Shown: piece by piece, positions 60,804-64,000 of the stretch
Position numbering within the stretch: the stretch's first letter is position 1
Layout of the letters: every line of letters begins with the position of its first letter
Translations under genes and position numbers: made by a program
Notes under the pieces: model-generated
What the model saw: only the letters and a program-made list of their open reading frames with translations
Told to the model about the DNA's origin: nothing
Database searches by the model: none
Assembly: GCA_904063045.1 (NCBI GenBank)
Contig: CAJFCJ010000037.1
Span: forward strand, 82,151 to 146,150
DNA length: 64,000 nt
Source of the DNA: Dimorphilus gyrociliatus
Taxonomy: Eukaryota > Animalia > Annelida
Direction: 5' to 3'

Positions 60804-61477
60804 CACAGCCATATAATTCAAAGGCTAATGCTGAATAGAAACCAGTTATTGGGTGTATCCTTAGTGTATCAGCTTCAATTTTCTTGTCAAAAGTCTTTCT
60901 ATTAGGTATATTCCATGTTGCTCCGACATTTCCATTGAGGATCTTTATGAAAATGAAAAACAAATTATTACTTTTCTTAAACATTAATTTTCATTTAGAA
61001 CAACTTTTTCTACTTCATTTTCATCTACATAATAATTAAATTGACCTCCATTTAATGAATAAGATAATTTAAAGGTTGTAATATAATATTGCTCATTATG
61101 ACCATTGCTGCACCAACAATCTCCTCTTGTATCCATGCCATGTATATCATAAATCTCACCTGAAAAATAAATTGATTAGTAAGAATTTGTCTGGAAATTA
61201 ATTTCCTTTCTCACAAACCTAAATATACTTGTACCCATGCAACTCCATAATTGACTGACATCCATGCTGTAAATACATCTTTAAGTCTGACGTCATATGC
61301 TTTTCTACCTCCATGTGGTAAATAATCAGTAAAATATGAATTCGGAAATTTGTTTTCATTGTAAATTCCAATTTTTTTTTGTTGACAATAATTTAATGTT
61401 AAGCAATAATTGAATAAATTGAGAATAACAGCTGCCACAAACATCCATCTTATGTTCAAGATAATTAAACAATTCAT
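60804..61477 (-). CDS. Secreted single F5/8 type C (discoidin) domain protein; last exon uncertain
   Basis: Exons 61477-61219, 61159-61005 and 60942-60804; motifs AW...WVQVYLG, DTRG, YITTFKLSYS, GN, LRIHP, LAFELYGC. Confidence 0.8.
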
Positions 61478-63352
61478 GCTAAATGTTTAAAGCAAACTTC
61501 AGATTGTTACTTTTATATTAACAATACACTTGTGTGAAATTTTCCAAGTTTTGTAAATGGTGAATCAAAAGATTAGCATAAACAATAGAGAGGAAGTACT
61601 ATTGATTTATGTATTATTGTTCTTGGTATAATATAAGTATGTCAAAGTAATATTACAGGAAGTGTAGTGAAGAGTATTCAAGTAGCATTAATAATTTTCC
61701 TATAATCTTTAAATGAGTTTTTATTTTATAAAGCTCCATGTGGAGTGATATATGTTATAATATAACTTACTATTACCAAAATTATATATTCAAAATGAAT
61801 TGGACAAAAAGTTTAATATGAATATATTCACAAGAAGATTTTGAAATTATTGCATTTTGATGGAAGACTTAGGCAAGCTATAGAATTCCTGTATGTATCC
61901 TACATTAATCAAAAACTTCAATACTTGTACATTTGATTCCAAAAATTCACATTGAATTTTTCCTCCATTTTTTTATCTGGATGTGAAATCATTTAACCAT
62001 AGAAAACAATTATAAATAACAAATCACTGTATAAACAATACATAAAAGACTGTAGACTCTTAATAAATCATTTGTAAATTGTCATATTGCAGATGAGGAT
62101 TCCAATGAAATATGTGTTATATCAATTAAAACTAAATGTGAACAGCCAAACAAAATTGTAAAATTTCCAATAAAAGTGTTTTGGCAAAGTATTTTAGAAA
62201 AGCATTTGCTGACAAGGGAACAAACACATACACAATTTGGTAGATAGGGGAAAAACTTATAAGGAGAACTTTCTAGAAGAACTTATGGAACTTTATGAAA
62301 ATTATAAAGCTAACTAGTATAACTTAGAGAAATATCAAACTCCTAATTTGATCTTGAATTTATAATAAGAATGTCAATAATTTTTTTAAATTTGTGTGAT
62401 AAAAAAAATCTTTCCACCATTTTGTTGAGAAACTATTTCCTATTTCTGACTTCCAGTTTAGGTTTCTTACAGAAGATAAATCATTCTCAATAATTTAGGT
62501 ATTAAAAACATTAATTCTATAATTTCTTATACTTTTTTGTGTTTTATAATTATTAGTTTTTGTATTATCTTGATTATTCCAATGAGAAATTCACTTTGCT
62601 TAATTGACAATATTAAATTATTTGCTAAATTTAGATATTGAATTTTTCTTGCACAATACATAAGTTAATTGCCTAAATGAAATTCATTTCTAAATTTTTG
62701 TAATATACATTAAGATATTTGAAAATTATTAAACATTCAGTTAACTCCTATTATTCCATTGAATTATATTATTGTTAGTGAATTTGGCAATAAACTTGAA
62801 TTGAATAACTCTATCTAGCTTGAAATCACATGTATCATCTGATGGTATACACTGATTATCACACAACTCTGGCCAGTTCAGCACCTAGTCTCAGCTTGTA
62901 CTAAATCTAACATTTCACACAGTTCCAACCTAACTTCCCAATCTTAATCTTGAAAGGAAATGAAATCCCAAATCTTCCTTGTACTGAAATTGTCTACACA
63001 AGAAAGGAAAAGAGTAACTAGTCAAAAAGTGGCGAAGAGGAAAAGAAGGGTAATTCCACCATTTAAGATTTTTTCTCTGATAATCCTCCAGCATTTCCTC
63101 AACTTGAGACAGTAGGGGATGTCCAAAAGCTAGTAAAGGACATATTGGGAGAGGAGTTGAATAAATTCAAGAAAGAGATAATGGACATCAGCACTCCTTC
63201 CACAAATTAAGGTGACTCTACATCTATGATGGAAAAATTGTAGTCCAGTTTTTACAACACCTGTCATCATCTTTATATCAGAAAGTTTAACTATTAAATA
63301 TTCATTTGGTAAACTCTCATTTGTTGAAATGAAGAATTTTGCCAATACCAGT

Positions 63353-63886
63353 TGTACTTTTCTGCTGTAGGGTTGTAGGTAAGTACTGGTCACATAGAAT
63401 CAAATTAGGAGTAAGCCACTTAGAAGGGAGATGTAGAATTGATGGAAAATGAATATAGACCAAATCTTGTTCATTCAGGGCTGAATACCTGTTACTACTT
63501 CGCCCTGCTTTGAATCTTAGTTAGAGGAGATGCTGGTGTACACTTATGAACTATATGAGATTATATAAATAATACTTGCTATATAGTGAAAGTGTTCAAG
63601 TAGATGTTGCCTCTAGGGTACATGATAATACCAGAATCAACCCCTTTTGTAGGCAAAAGGATAAGATTTTACATAACTAAACATGTTGACAATAAGAGCA
63701 AGTGTTTGTTTACATAAACATGATATAACAATTGACCCTCAAGGTTTTACCTACACAAAGCAATTGTTATTTACATCAGTATTGCGTAATTTCATGACCC
63801 TTACCCTTTTTGTTGTGAACAATCCTTATCTGGGAATAAGACCTTATTGTTGACACCAAGGACATAAACAACTGATAAGGGAAATT
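63353..63886. mobile_element. Solo LTR family 2 rearranged by a local inversion
   Basis: 5' part at 63353-63511 is in + orientation; the 3' part plus ~25 bp of flank (63512-63886) is inverted; TSD-like CCAGT/CCAGC. Confidence 0.8.
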
Positions 63887-64000
63887 ATTTTAAACTTTTT
63901 GAAAAGTATAAGATAAAATGTATAAAATAGTATATAGGTCAATTTAGAATCAAATCAAGTACAACATTCATTGTAAAGTAGATATATAAGATATAATATG

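Noticed and set aside
62850-63393. ORF 63130-63393 and a plus-strand peptide FFSDNPPAFPQLETVGDVQKLVKDILGEEL as a gag remnant of LTR family 2
   Set aside because: No diagnostic gag motif, PBS or PPT. The adjacent LTR has TSD-like flanks, i.e. it is a solo LTR, and the ORF starts inside it.

Overview
AT-rich (roughly 30% GC by eye) eukaryotic DNA from an invertebrate animal with a compact genome. Most spliceosomal GT-AG introns are about 50-90 bp, and the gene families present (MAM, VWD/EGF/cadherin, PAN, discoidin, LRR-GPCR, NLR-type LRR) are metazoan; the species cannot be established from the sequence. The window is a repeat- and pseudogene-rich accessory region. Its centrepiece is a near full-length Ty3/Gypsy LTR retrotransposon on the minus strand (51117-59884). 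It has two 635-bp LTRs, a tRNA-Ser-like PBS, a PPT, gag-PR-RT-RH-IN, and an extra ~800-aa envelope gene whose motifs match class III viral fusion glycoproteins (chuvirus-G / herpes-gB / rhabdovirus-G type). The same LTR family also occurs as solo LTRs with 4-bp TSDs (34330-34964, 37175-37773) and as older diverged copies; a second LTR family with 5-bp TSDs is present. Host genes include a MAM-repeat protein with two catalytically dead trypsin domains, a ribonuclease-inhibitor-like 57-aa LRR array with many scattered relics, a ~9-kb decayed giant mosaic receptor, duplicated GPCR and PAN-domain loci, a discoidin-like x2 + FAMeT-like gene, an intronless H-box/NC (LRAT/PPPDE-like) enzyme, a discoidin lectin, and an orphan secreted repeat protein knocked out by a solo LTR. 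MULE, Tc1 and mariner relics are interspersed. No rRNA, tRNA or CRISPR was found. All domain calls are from motif recognition by eye, with no database searches; counts and splice sites were read manually and may be off by a few bases.
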